Source: Malacoraja senta (taxonomy: Eukaryota). From it: a stretch of 64,000 nucleotides of DNA. Position 1 is the stretch's first letter, and every line of letters starts with the position of its first letter. Where the stretch lies: assembly GCA_038087875.1 (NCBI GenBank), contig CM075991.1, positions 8,496,001 to 8,560,000 on the forward strand, read 5' to 3'. The notes under the pieces are model-generated. The model saw only the letters and a list, made by a program, of their open reading frames with translations, was not told where the DNA came from and made no database searches. The translations under genes were made by a program, and so were the position numbers. This document shows, one piece after another, positions 1-9,964 of the stretch.

Positions 1-96
1 TACAAACTCCATACAGACAGCACCCGTAGTCGGGATCGAACCCAGCTCTCTGGCTCTGTGAGGCAGCAATTCTCCCACTGTGTCACTCTGCTGCCC
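1..96 (-). mobile_element. HE1-like tRNA-derived V-SINE, head fragment
   Basis: Reverse complement has a tRNA-like head with B-box GGTTCGATCCC followed by ACTACGGGTGCTGTCTGTA, as in the full copies. Confidence 0.8.
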
Positions 97-271
97 TAAA
101 TGGTATCATGGAAATGGTAGCACTTGATGTCCCAGTAAGTCGTAAGTTGATTGCATCGTACGTCGAGGAGCATCTGTACTCTGTAATCACCAGAGGGCAC
201 GCTTACAGACGATCCTAGACCTGATACAACAAGGTGTGTGCGTGTTGCGTGTGCTGTTGGCGTGTGTTGTC

Positions 272-395
272 AGACTGGAGAAGGGTTTCGGCCCGAAACG
301 TTGCCTATTTCCTTCGCTCCATAGATGCTGCTGCACCCGCTGAGTTTCTCCAGCACTTTTATGTGCCTTCGATTTTCCAGCATCTGCAGTTCCTT
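272..395 (+). mobile_element. Penelope-like element terminal repeat (pLTR) fragment
   Basis: ctggagaagggtttcggcccgaaacgttg...ccagcatctgcagttccttc; the same unit follows GIY-YIG coding remnants elsewhere in the window. Confidence 0.7.
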
Positions 396-626
396 CGTAA
401 ACAAGCAAAAAAACGACGTGGGTTATGCCCGTCAGCGGTGACTCGACGCAGGCCGCCTGTAATTTATGCCGTCGGGGAATTTGTCCCTTATTTTGACCTT
501 TTGACCCTTATTTGGGAGTGAGAAAGTTGGCGACCCCCCGGTGTAGGTCAGCTGGGTCAGCGACGATGGGTGATCAGGACCTGGCGTGACGTCGGATGTA
601 GGCAGCTGGATCCCACCTGAATGTTT

Positions 627-990
627 GGTCAAGTCAAGTCAAGTCAAGTCAAGTGAGTTTATTGTCATGTGTCCCTGGTAGGACAATGAAATTCTTGCTT
701 TGCTTGAGCACAACAGAACATAGTAGGCATTTACTACAAGGCATTCTATAAATATATACACAATGGTCAATATACTGATAAAGTGCAAATAACAGTATTG
801 GCTAGTAAAGTTCAGTGTTATGTCCGAGCCAGGTTTAATAGCCTGATGGCTGTGGGGAAGTAGCTGTTCCTGAACCTGGTTGTTGCAGTCTTCAGGCTCC
901 TGTACCTTCTACCTGAAGGTAGTAGGGAGATGAGTGTGTGGCCAGGATGGTGTGGGTCCTTGATGATGCTGCCAGCCTTTTTGAGGCAGC
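627..990 (-). mobile_element. Rex1/Babar-like LINE 3' fragment
   Basis: Minus strand encodes IIKDPHHPGHTLISLLPSGRRYRSL-type C-terminus; 3' UTR ends in ATGACAATAAA plus (CTTGA)n; homologous to 11763-12265. Confidence 0.8.
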
Positions 991-1479
991 ATCATCAAGG
1001 ACCCACACCATCCTGGCCACACACTCACTCTCGTCTACTCTCGGAAGGCAGTGCTTTCAAGCAAGTTGTCCGCTCACTGAGTTGCAGAGCAGAGTCATGA
1101 TAATCTTCACAAACTGGGAAGCATCTACAACAACAGATTAATAGCCCCAAGAGGGGTGGGTGAATTAAACACAGGGCTCCAAGTAGACCACAATATTTAT
1201 ATTGCTTTCTGCCCGATAAATATTTGCTCGGAATGAATACTCCACAGAGGAGAAACACAATGGGACGTGTTTCAGCTTAATAGGCTTACAAATGTAGCGC
1301 AATAAATCTTCATAATTCCCTGTAAAGCACTGGGAAGGGAATCCCCAGTGCCTCAGTTGGTTAACGGATCACCCATAATGAGGCAAAGAGGCTTCAAATA
1401 TAAATGGAGCAGAGGGAGAGGGAGTTTTCAGCCCAGCGTTTACAGATGCCTCTGGTCTCTTTGTAACCAATGTTTCTGG

Positions 1480-1632
1480 ATTGACCCGTTGACTTCATCT
1501 ACACCTCACGCTGCCTCGGCAAGGCCAGCAGCATAATCAAAGATGAGTCGCACCCTGGCCACTCCTTCTTCTCCCCTCTCCCATCGAGCGGAAGGTACAG
1601 AAGTGTGAAAACGCTCACCTCCAGATTCAGTG
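1480..1632 (+). mobile_element. Rex1/Babar-like LINE fragment
   Basis: Encodes SIYTSRCLGKASSIIKDESHPGHSFFSPLPSSGRYRSVKTLTSRF; same subfamily as 53895-54077 (-). Confidence 0.75.
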
Positions 1633-1648
1633 TTTCAGAAGGAACTGC

Positions 1649-1788
1649 TGGGGTGGAAGATTGCAACCTTCACGTGGTCCGCCCTGTTTCGACTAATGCA
1701 ATCAACTCGACGTGCACAAACGGAAGATCAAATAGAACAAGTTGTCCAACAACTTTAGGCTGTGCACGCCACACGAAAGAAGAAGAAG
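1649..1788 (+). mobile_element. ~140-nt non-tRNA short retroposon with HDV-like ribozyme head and (GAA)n tail
   Basis: 13-bp TSD CAGAAGGAACTGC (1636-1648, 1789-1801); AAGAAGAAGAAG tail; a second copy with the same 5' boundary at ~62267-62412; inserted in a Penelope terminus. Confidence 0.85.
1650..1703 (+). ncRNA. Minimal HDV-like (CPEB3-type) self-cleaving ribozyme motif
   Basis: P1 GGGGTGG/CCGCCCT (G.U first pair), P2 GATTGCA/TGCAATC, P3 ACC/GGT, L3 TTCACGT, vestigial P4 (T-TTCG-A), J4/2 CTAA with putative catalytic C1693. Confidence 0.8.
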
Positions 1789-1914
1789 CAGAAGGAACTG
1801 CAGATGCTGGAACAATCGAAGGTAGACAAAAAATGCTGGAGAAACTCAGCGGGTGAGGCAGCATTCCGCCTCCAGATTCAGGGACAATTTCTTCCCAACT
1901 GTTCTCAGGCAACT

Positions 1915-2100
1915 TACCAAAGCCAATGAACCTGCAAGCCTGCATTGTCTTTGGAGTGTGGGAGGAAACTGGGGCATCCGTTGAAAACCAACGCGGTCAC
2001 GGTGAGAATGTACAAACTCGGTACAGACAGCACCCAGAGGCAGGATTGAACCCGGGTCTCTGGCGCCGGAAGGCAGCAACTCTACCGCTGCGCCACAGTG
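1915..2100 (-). mobile_element. HE1-like SINE (partial)
   Basis: tRNA head and V-domain-like core on the minus strand. Confidence 0.8.
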
Positions 2101-2804
2101 TTTCCCCTACGAGAGGTGTTGGACATTTATACAGGTACCACGAGGAGGAGGTTCCAGGGACAACCCAGGCAGCATCCATGATTTTACTTTGAGAGCCTCT
2201 CCTCCAAGAGCGAGACGAGGGGAAGACGTTGGAGGATTTTAATGATCAAAATGGGCGACGTGTGACACAGGTTTCGGAGTTCAGGCGAATGAGAGGATTT
2301 GCATTTGAGTAGCGCCTATCACATTCTCGGGACTTCTTCGATCGCGGCATGTCAAGAGGGACATGGATCCTCCTTCAACTGACCCTAACGGCTTGACATT
2401 GTGCAATGTACAAACACAGATTATGCATTGGAACCTCGTCTTAAAAAATAGGACAGAACTGAAGAGGACTTGACAAACATTCATGAAATTGGTTTGCCTT
2501 TAAGTATAATAACAATCAGAATATCTTATGCTTTGCTTTTAAATATTTGATGACTCGGCGATGATTTACACAAGGTAATACATTGAAACTGGAGTCATTT
2601 TAATATTTAAAGACTCTCTCAAAGTTCTGTAAATTAATTTCTGCCTTTTATTACCTCTTGCTCAAATCTACACTAAATAGCATGTCAGTGGTTGCACGGG
2701 ATAGAGTGAGATGCATGGACTTAGGTAAGGGATGATGACTGAATATGAGTTACCAATTTAATTAACCTGCCAATGAAGCTAACGAACGAACTAAACTGCT
2801 GCTA

Positions 2805-4095
2805 ATGCTGGGCGAGGATGCGGATATTGTCCGAGTCGCGTCCTCGCCCCCCCCCCCCTCGCGGCCTACCAACTGGATTGGCATGGCCTTTCCTGCCGGG
2901 ACCGGACCGGACCGGACCTTCAGCAGCTGCAGCGCTGCGCTCGATACATCGCGGAGTGGGCGAGGCCTTACCTGGGATCGCCGCTTGGAGCTCCGGAGTG
3001 TTGGGCCGCTGCCCCGACATCGCGGAGCTGTGGGTGCGGAGCTCCCAACGTGGGTGCGGAGCTCCCAACGCGGGCGGCGCCGACTTTAACATCGCGGAGT
3101 CCTGGGACCCTTTGCCGGGGGTCGCCAGCGCGAATCTCCCCCCCCCCAGAGCGGCCTGTGGACATCGGGAGCCGCGGACTCCGGTGGAAGGTGGGAAGAT
3201 TCAGAGGTCCAGGCCGCTGAGGATGTTCTCCCATTCGACGTCGTGGTTCCGTCGTTCCTGGTGAGAGTGGCGACTATGGGAGGCCCCGACCACGGGTGAA
3301 CATTGGGGAACATCAGTGAGGAGGTTGACTGGCCTTTGGTTCCTTCCCTCACAGTGGGGAACTTTGGTGCCGCTGTGGGGATGTTTGTGTTGTGGACAAC
3401 TGTGTTCTTGTGGGGGTTTATTTTGTTTTTTGTATGACTGTAAAGGCCCTGTCCCACGGGCAGGCGGTTCCAGGCGGTAAGCGCGGCGTAGCAGGAAGTG
3501 GGGACCGCGCGGGGCCCGCGGGGCCAGTCCCACGCAGATCGCCGGAGCCGTATGTAGTTGGTCCCGACACTGCGCGGGGCTCAGAAAAACTGACACTGTC
3601 CAAAAATCCCGTGCAGCAACGGCCTGCCGCCCCGCTGCCGCCTGGACGCCGCGAGCCGTCTCGACAGAGTAGGCTAGCACGTTGCGTTGCGCGCTGACGT
3701 CATCACCCGACGCCGCGCGACGTCCATTCGCAGTCGGCCCGCTTCCGGTAAGTTCGCGATCGCCGCATGCATTCGCATGCTCGTGGGACAGGCCATGCGG
3801 TGATCACCCGGCATCCGCGCGGCAACCGCTTCCGGTAAGGCTGCGCTTACCACATGCATTCGCATGCTCGTGGGACCGGCCGTATGGTGAACACTCGGCC
3901 GCCGCGCGGCATCCGCACGGCCCTCCCGCGGCAGCCGCGCAGCAGCCGCGCGGTCCCCGCTTCCGGGGACGCCGCGCTTACCGCCTGGAACCGCCTGCCC
4001 GTGGGACGGGGCCTTAAGGGAAAGAGAATTTCGTTGTCTCTTAATTGAAGACAATGACAATAAATTAAATCAAATCAAATCAAATCAAATCGAAA
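2805..4095 (+). mobile_element. GC-rich non-autonomous retroposon with Rex1/L2-like tail, interrupted by a MITE
   Basis: GC-rich body, GGCCCCGACCACGGG motif, conserved hairpin 3345-3381, tail AATTTCGTT...AATGACAATAAA plus (ATCAA)n; related to 9965, 24251, 57228, 58415 and 44125 copies. Confidence 0.6.
3444..4014. mobile_element. PIF/Harbinger (Tourist-like) MITE
   Basis: About 70-bp imperfect TIRs starting AGGCCCTGTCCCAC; TAA on both flanks (3441-3443, 4015-4017); internal direct repeat with 87-bp period. Confidence 0.85.
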
Positions 4096-4225
4096 TCTGA
4101 AATGAAAGCGGAAAATGCTGGAAAATCTCACCAGGTCAGGCAGCATCTGTGGAAAAAGAAACAACAATATTACTCTCTGATCTTTCCCTCTTCTCTCCTC
4201 TCCCGTTTGGCAAACGATATAAACA

Positions 4226-4735
4226 TTTGAGGAAGGATATTCTTGCTATTGAGGGAGTGCTGCGTAGGTTCACCAAGTTAATTCCCGGGATGGCAGGACT
4301 GACGTATGATGAAAGAATGGACCGACTGGGCTTGTATTCACTGGAATTTAGGATGAGAGGATATCTTATAGAAACATATAAAATTCTTCAGGGATTGGAC
4401 AGGCTAGATGCAGGAAAAATGTTCCCGATGTTAGGGGAGTCCAGAACCAGGGGTCACAGTTTAAGAAGAAGGAGTGGGCGATTTAGGACTGAGATGAGGA
4501 AAACCTTTTTCATCCAGAGAGTTGTGAATCTGTGGAATTCTCTGCCACAGAAGGCAATGGAGGCCAGTTCAGTGGACGTTTTCAAGAGAGAGTTAGATTT
4601 AGCTCTTAGGGTTAACAGAATCAATGGATATGGGGAGAAAGCAGGAATGGGGTACTGATTTTGGATGATCGGCCATGATCATATTGAATGGCTCGAAGGG
4701 CCAAATGGACTACTCCTGCACCTATTTTCTATGGT
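4226..4735 (+). mobile_element. CR1/HER1-like LINE 3' fragment
   Basis: ORF2 C-terminus LRKDILAIEGV...RTRGHSL...FFIQRVVNLWNSLP plus CR1 3' UTR. Confidence 0.92.
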
Positions 4736-4904
4736 TTTAAAAGCTTGAAAGCATGTAACACTAGATTGAGGAACAGCTTCTTCCCTTTTGTTATCAGAAC
4801 CCTGAACAGTACTCCCAGAGTTAAGGGTGTAGACCAGATCTCCCAACCTACCTTGTTGCAGGCCTTGCACATATTTTAAATCTGCATTTCCACTGTAACG
4901 TGGG

Positions 4905-5490
4905 TGGCACGGAGACCCAGGTTCGGTCCTGTCTTCGGGTGCTGTCTGTACGGAGTTTGTACGTTTTCCCCGTGACCCGTGTGGGTTTTCTCCGAGATCT
5001 TCAGTTTCTTCGCACACTCTTTATAGTCCTGTCCCACGGTACGAGTTCATTCCAAGAGCTCTCCCAAGTTTGCCCTGATTCGAACTCGGAGATTTACGGT
5101 AATGGCCGCTCGTCGGTACTCGGGGCTCTCGTGGACATTTTTCATCATGTTGAAAAATCTTCACGAGTCTTCCCGAGCTTACCTGCCGTTAGCGAGTCTT
5201 CCTGAGTACCTGCCGTTAGCGTTACGAGCCGCTAAGAGACGTCCCCGAGCTCCGACGTACCCGCTACGTTCATTCTCCGTGCTTACCACGAGTTTGATTT
5301 TTTTTAAACTCGGGAGAGCTCTTGGAATGAACTTGTACCGTGGGACAGGGCTATAAGGCGTACAGGTTTGCAGGTTAATTGGCTTGATATAAACGTAAAA
5401 ATTGTCCCTAGTGTTTGTAGGATAGTGTTAATATGCAGGGATAGATAGTCGGTGTGGACTCGGTGGGCCGAAGGGACTGTTTCTCTAAAA
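4905..5490 (+). mobile_element. HE1-like SINE interrupted by a MITE
   Basis: SINE core CACACTC|GGCGTACAGG is split by the 5024-5353 insertion; tail GGGCCGAAGGGACTGTTT. Confidence 0.8.
5024..5353. mobile_element. Harbinger-like MITE
   Basis: TIR TAGTCCTGTCCCACGGTACGAGTTCATTCCAAGAGCTCTCCC and its near reverse complement; flanks TTA/TAA. Confidence 0.85.
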
Positions 5491-5757
5491 TAGACTATAA
5501 TGCTTTAACACTATAACACTCTATTTTTCACACTCTGGTATCTTTCTCTTTGTGCTACCTGTGCATGGCTTGCTTCCACTCATGTACAGTATGACTTGAC
5601 CGGATAGCATGCACACAAAGCTTTTTACTGCATCCCACTGCAAGTGACATTGATACCAATGCCCTTCAAGTACAATAGCAGAGATCGGACCTCTGCTGGC
5701 TCTGGGCATATCAGGGTTCACATCTTCTGGAAGATATACACTAAATGCCAGAGTACC

Positions 5758-5945
5758 ATAATTCAGCGAGACAGGCAGCATCTCTGGACAGAAGGAATGG
5801 GTGACGTTTTGGGTCGAGACCTTTCTTCAGACTGAAGAAGAGTCTCAACCCGAATCTCTCCATAGATGCTGCCTCACCCGCTGAGTTACTCCAGCATTTT
5901 GCGTCGACCTTCGATTTTATCCAGCATTTGCAGTTCTTTCTTACA
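5758..5945. mobile_element. Inverted pair of Penelope terminal repeats
   Basis: ...ctttcttcagactgaagaagagtctc... head-to-head junction. Confidence 0.7.
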
Positions 5946-6707
5946 CCATTCTCCTTAGTAGTAATAGCTTCCAATCAGTGCAGAATAGACACCAAAACTC
6001 AATAAGAATTAGTGTGAAGTGCCTGTCCCACTTGGCGATTTTTTCGGCGACTGCCGGCATCATATCAGTGTCGCCAAAAGATTTGAGAGTGATAAATTCT
6101 GGTGTCTCCACACACTGTGCCCTGGTGGTTGGGGCATTTGGAGAGCTACAGTAGTGTGTCCGGGTTCTTGGAGGGAGCGTAGAGCAACAGGCACCAATAA
6201 CACTATTCCTGCTCTGCTTGTTTCCTTTCCATCAGGACCTCTATACGGTGTGCTCAGCTGCAGCAGTTGATGGTGCAATGAGGTAAAAATGTTGGTGACT
6301 CAAATGATTTATAAAGAAGCTCGGAACTGCACGACGCTGAAATTGGGTCAGCTCCAATGGGGCACATAAGAATCACAAGCTCATTGTCCAAAGAGGATAG
6401 ATGAGCATGGATTCTTGACTCTGAATAGGCACCATGAAAATTGGTTTTGTAATGATGTATGCAGTCTCAAAACTCCAGGCATCATTCACATTACCCACTG
6501 ATAAATGAAGACAACAGCTTCCCTCAATCTTCCGCCATGCTCTCTTGAACACAATCGCAATTCAATTCCACATGTACCTTGCCAAAGAGGCCATTTTGTG
6601 TTGTACTTGCACAGATAGCAACTCCCACCCCCCTCTTTGACCGGGACAAGCCCTCGAACTAAGATCCGCCTTTGGCATTTACTCTTGTATTTAAAAAAAA
6701 AAAAAAA

Positions 6708-7140
6708 TTTAATGTTTATTTTATTATAGAAGCAATTGTACAAGAAGAAAGCAATCGGCATAACAGTTATACAATTTTTGTACAGCTTCAGTTTTAACAT
6801 TTTATAAACTGATAAATGAATCGGGTAAAAAAAAGTAAAAAGAATGAATAAAAAGAAGAGAGATACAAAAAAGAGAGAAGAAAAAACCCCTGAACTGCCA
6901 AAAAAGTGAGAGAAAAAAAAAGAGAAAAGAAAAACGGAGATATGTCCCACTATCCTTCCCTACCCCCGCTCACCCAACCCAAGCATCGGTTTTAAATTTG
7001 TGTTCAACCATTTTATTGTTGAAGAAATTCAATGAAAGGAGACCATGTTTTGGAAAATTGGTCTGATTTATCAACCAAAACCAGCCTTATTTTTTCTAAA
7101 TGTAGTGTCACGGTCATTTCTGTGATCCACACCTTCACAC
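6708..7140 (-). mobile_element. L1-clade LINE 3' fragment
   Basis: Minus strand encodes VKVWITEMTVTLHLEKIRLVLVDKSDQFSKTWSPFIEFLQQ*, a fish-type L1 ORF2 C-terminus, followed by a T-rich 3' UTR. Confidence 0.8.
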
Positions 7141-7240
7141 CTTCACCTTTCGAATCGAAAGGGCAATGCTTTCAGGGGAAAGGAACGAGAGAACAATTTT
7201 GAAGGGAATGTTAGGAAGTTCTTTAAAAGGAGGCGGTGTA

Positions 7241-7763
7241 CTCCTCCTAGCAGGTAAACCAGATCACTTCCACCTGACGTGGTCTGCATTTATAGAATTA
7301 TTACAAACATAGGGTGCAAAATTACTTAAAAAAAAATAAAAAATTGAGGTCAGGTAAGGGGGGATGATAGTTGAAGAGTTGGTATGTCCTATTTACGTAA
7401 TGCTCAAAAAAACATTTTTTTTTTTTTTTTTTTCCTCTCTTTTTTTTCCTAGGGCCTTTTCTTAACTCTTTTTCTTTTGTTTTTAATTTCGCTCTTATAG
7501 GGTCTTCGTCCTTTTTTGTTGTTACATTTTCTACACTTTTCTACACTTTCACTTTTTCCTTCACTTTCTTCTTTCTTTCAATCTTTTCCTTTTCTAGTGT
7601 AAAAAAATAAATAAAGGGAGTACATTAATTGTAAGAAGATATAAATGACAAGTACTAATGTATGTGGTTGTAATGTAATGTACTTCTAATAAATAAAAAT
7701 AAAAAAAAAAAAAAAAAAAAAAAAATAATAATAATAATAATAATAAAATAAAATTAAAAAAAA
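7241..7763 (+). mobile_element. 5'-truncated L1-clade LINE with poly(A) and TSD
   Basis: LLLAGKPDHFHLTWSAFIELLQT* (7241-7312), AATAAA, A-rich tail, 16-bp TSD AAAAGGAGG(C/T)GGTGTA at 7225-7240 and 7764-7779, TT|AAAA site. Confidence 0.85.
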
Positions 7764-8304
7764 AAAAGGAGGTGGTGTAAACACTCGGCATCTGTTGAAA
7801 AGGCAACAGAGTTTAAGTGTGTAGAAACAAACTGCAGATGCTGGTTTATACCGAAGATGGACAGATAGCGCTGGAGTAACTCAGCGGGTCAGGCTGTAAG
7901 AGATGCTCCCACTGAGTTACTCCAGCACTTTGTGTCCATCTAAGTACAGAGTTTAAGCTTTAGGTCTGGAACCTTTTATCAAGACTGAGAAAGAGGGCTA
8001 GTCCAAGTTGCATGAGATGGTTTGATTGATTGATTGTAAGAAACAGGCCCTTCGGCCATCGGGTTCATGCCGACACTGATCACCCCTTTAAGTTATCCCA
8101 TTTTCGCAGAGGCCAATTGACCTACAAACCCAAACCTCTTTGGGACGTGGGAAGAAATGCGGGTCAGATGGTGAAGGTGCAGACTCCACACAGACAGCAC
8201 TTGCAGAGAAGCATCAAACCTGGGACTCTACCGCTGTGAGGCAGCAGCTCTACCCGCTACGCCACTGTACCGCCACTGTGCTGGTGGTGGAGAGATGAAT
8301 TGCC

Positions 8305-8570
8305 TGACAGCGCCAGAGACCGGCTTCGATCCTGAGCACGGGTGCTGTCTGTACGGAGTTTGTACGTCCTCCCCGTGACCTGCGTGGGTTTTTCTCCGAG
8401 ATCTTCGGTTTCCTCCCACACTCCAAAGACGTACAGATTTATAGGTTAATTGGCTTGGTGTATGTGTAAATTGTCCTTAGTGTGTGTAGGGTAGTGTTGA
8501 TGTGCTGAAAGGCCAAATCAGTGGGCCGAAGGGCCTTGTTTCTGCGCTGAACATCTAAAACATACTAAAT
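8305..8570 (+). mobile_element. HE1-like SINE
   Basis: B-box, core and GGGCCGAAGGGCC tail. Confidence 0.85.
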
Positions 8571-8715
8571 AGAACAAGAGAACTATCTCCGATAAGGTGA
8601 GAATGAATTATTAATGATGGCAATCAGTGGAATGTTATGCATCCGTGTCTTAAATGCTGCTATTTCAGCCATAGTTAGTACTGAAATTCATCCATAACTC
8701 CAAGAGCGTCAATGA

Positions 8716-9087
8716 GCAGAACCAGGGGCCACAGTTTAAGAATAAGGAGTAAGCCATTTAGAACGGAGATGAGGAAACACTTTTTCTCACAGAGAGTGGT
8801 GAGTCTGTGGAATTCTCTGCCTCAGAGGGCGGTGGAGGCAGGTTTTCTGGATGCTTTCAAGAGAGAGCTGGATAGGGCTCTTAAGGATAGCGGAGTCGGG
8901 GGATATGGGGAGAAGGCAGGAACGGGGTACTGATTGGGGAAGATCAGCCATGATTACATTGAATGTCGGTGCTGGCTCGAAGGGCCGAATGGCCTACTCC
9001 TGCACCTATTGTCTATTGATTGTCTATTGTCTATTGATTGGCCTACTATAATGGCCTACTCCTGCACCTATTGTCTATTGTCTATTG
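8716..9087 (+). mobile_element. CR1/HER1-like LINE 3' fragment, (CTATTGT)n subfamily with duplicated tail
   Basis: RTRGHSLRIRSKPFRTEMRKHFFSQRVVSLWNSLP; terminal AATGGCCTACTCCTGCACCTATTGT occurs twice. Confidence 0.92.
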
Positions 9088-9964
9088 TCACATTTCAGCT
9101 ATTCCATTTCACACGTCAGCTATTCTATGGCCTTGCTATTGCAGCGTATTTTCGGCCATCATTGAGGGGCAGATGTGTTGGGCCTCGCTGGTAACTTGCC
9201 AAAGGAGAAACACAATCCACCATCATTGAATGCCATGTCCCACTCAATTAAGAAGTTCATGCTGCAAGATACTGGCTCCGCTTGAATCATTGCTCCAAGT
9301 TTCCAGCAGTGAATTATATCTCCAACGTTTGCCATCAGTGCACTAAGCCAAGCTTCAAGTGCATGTGGTGTCTTTCATTCATCATCCCTGTATTCCCTGT
9401 CATCCACCATCGCTCTGAAAAAATCTCACCTCTGCTCTCAAATGGAAATGGAGGAGGTTCGGGATTGGGCATGAAAGCAAACACCTGTTCTTCTGGCTCC
9501 CAATTTCTGCATGCTTTGGCGTGCCAACGTGACACAGTGGAGGTAGCGAAACAAAACATCCCGCACTCTAATAACAATGAGGAAAAGAAAGTATAGAAAG
9601 AAAGAGGTGAACAAAGAGGAATTAGGAGCAGGAACAGGTCACGAGGCCTTCAAGCTCTGCTTTCCCCCCCTATCCTGCCAATATCCTTTCACCAACTTTC
9701 TTTTGAAGAACTTACCAAGGTATACCTTAAAACATTCAAAGACTCTAATTCCACTGCCTTCTGAGAAAGTTCCCAAACTCAAACAAATAATGTTTTGCCT
9801 CATCTCTGTTTTATGCAGGCTGTCCCTTACTTTTAAACAATGATCAAATTCTTCCTTAAAAGGAAATATTCTCTCATCAAGACCACATCCTCTCCGCATC
9901 ATGTGGAATCAAGGGATAGGGGGAGAAAGCAGGAATGGAGTACTGATTTAGGATGATCAGCAAT

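Noticed and set aside
2802..4060. CpG-island promoter or overlapping GC-rich genes (also 9984-10815)
   Set aside because: GC richness is explained by a MITE and young retroposons; ORFs are open in many frames with no recognisable domains.
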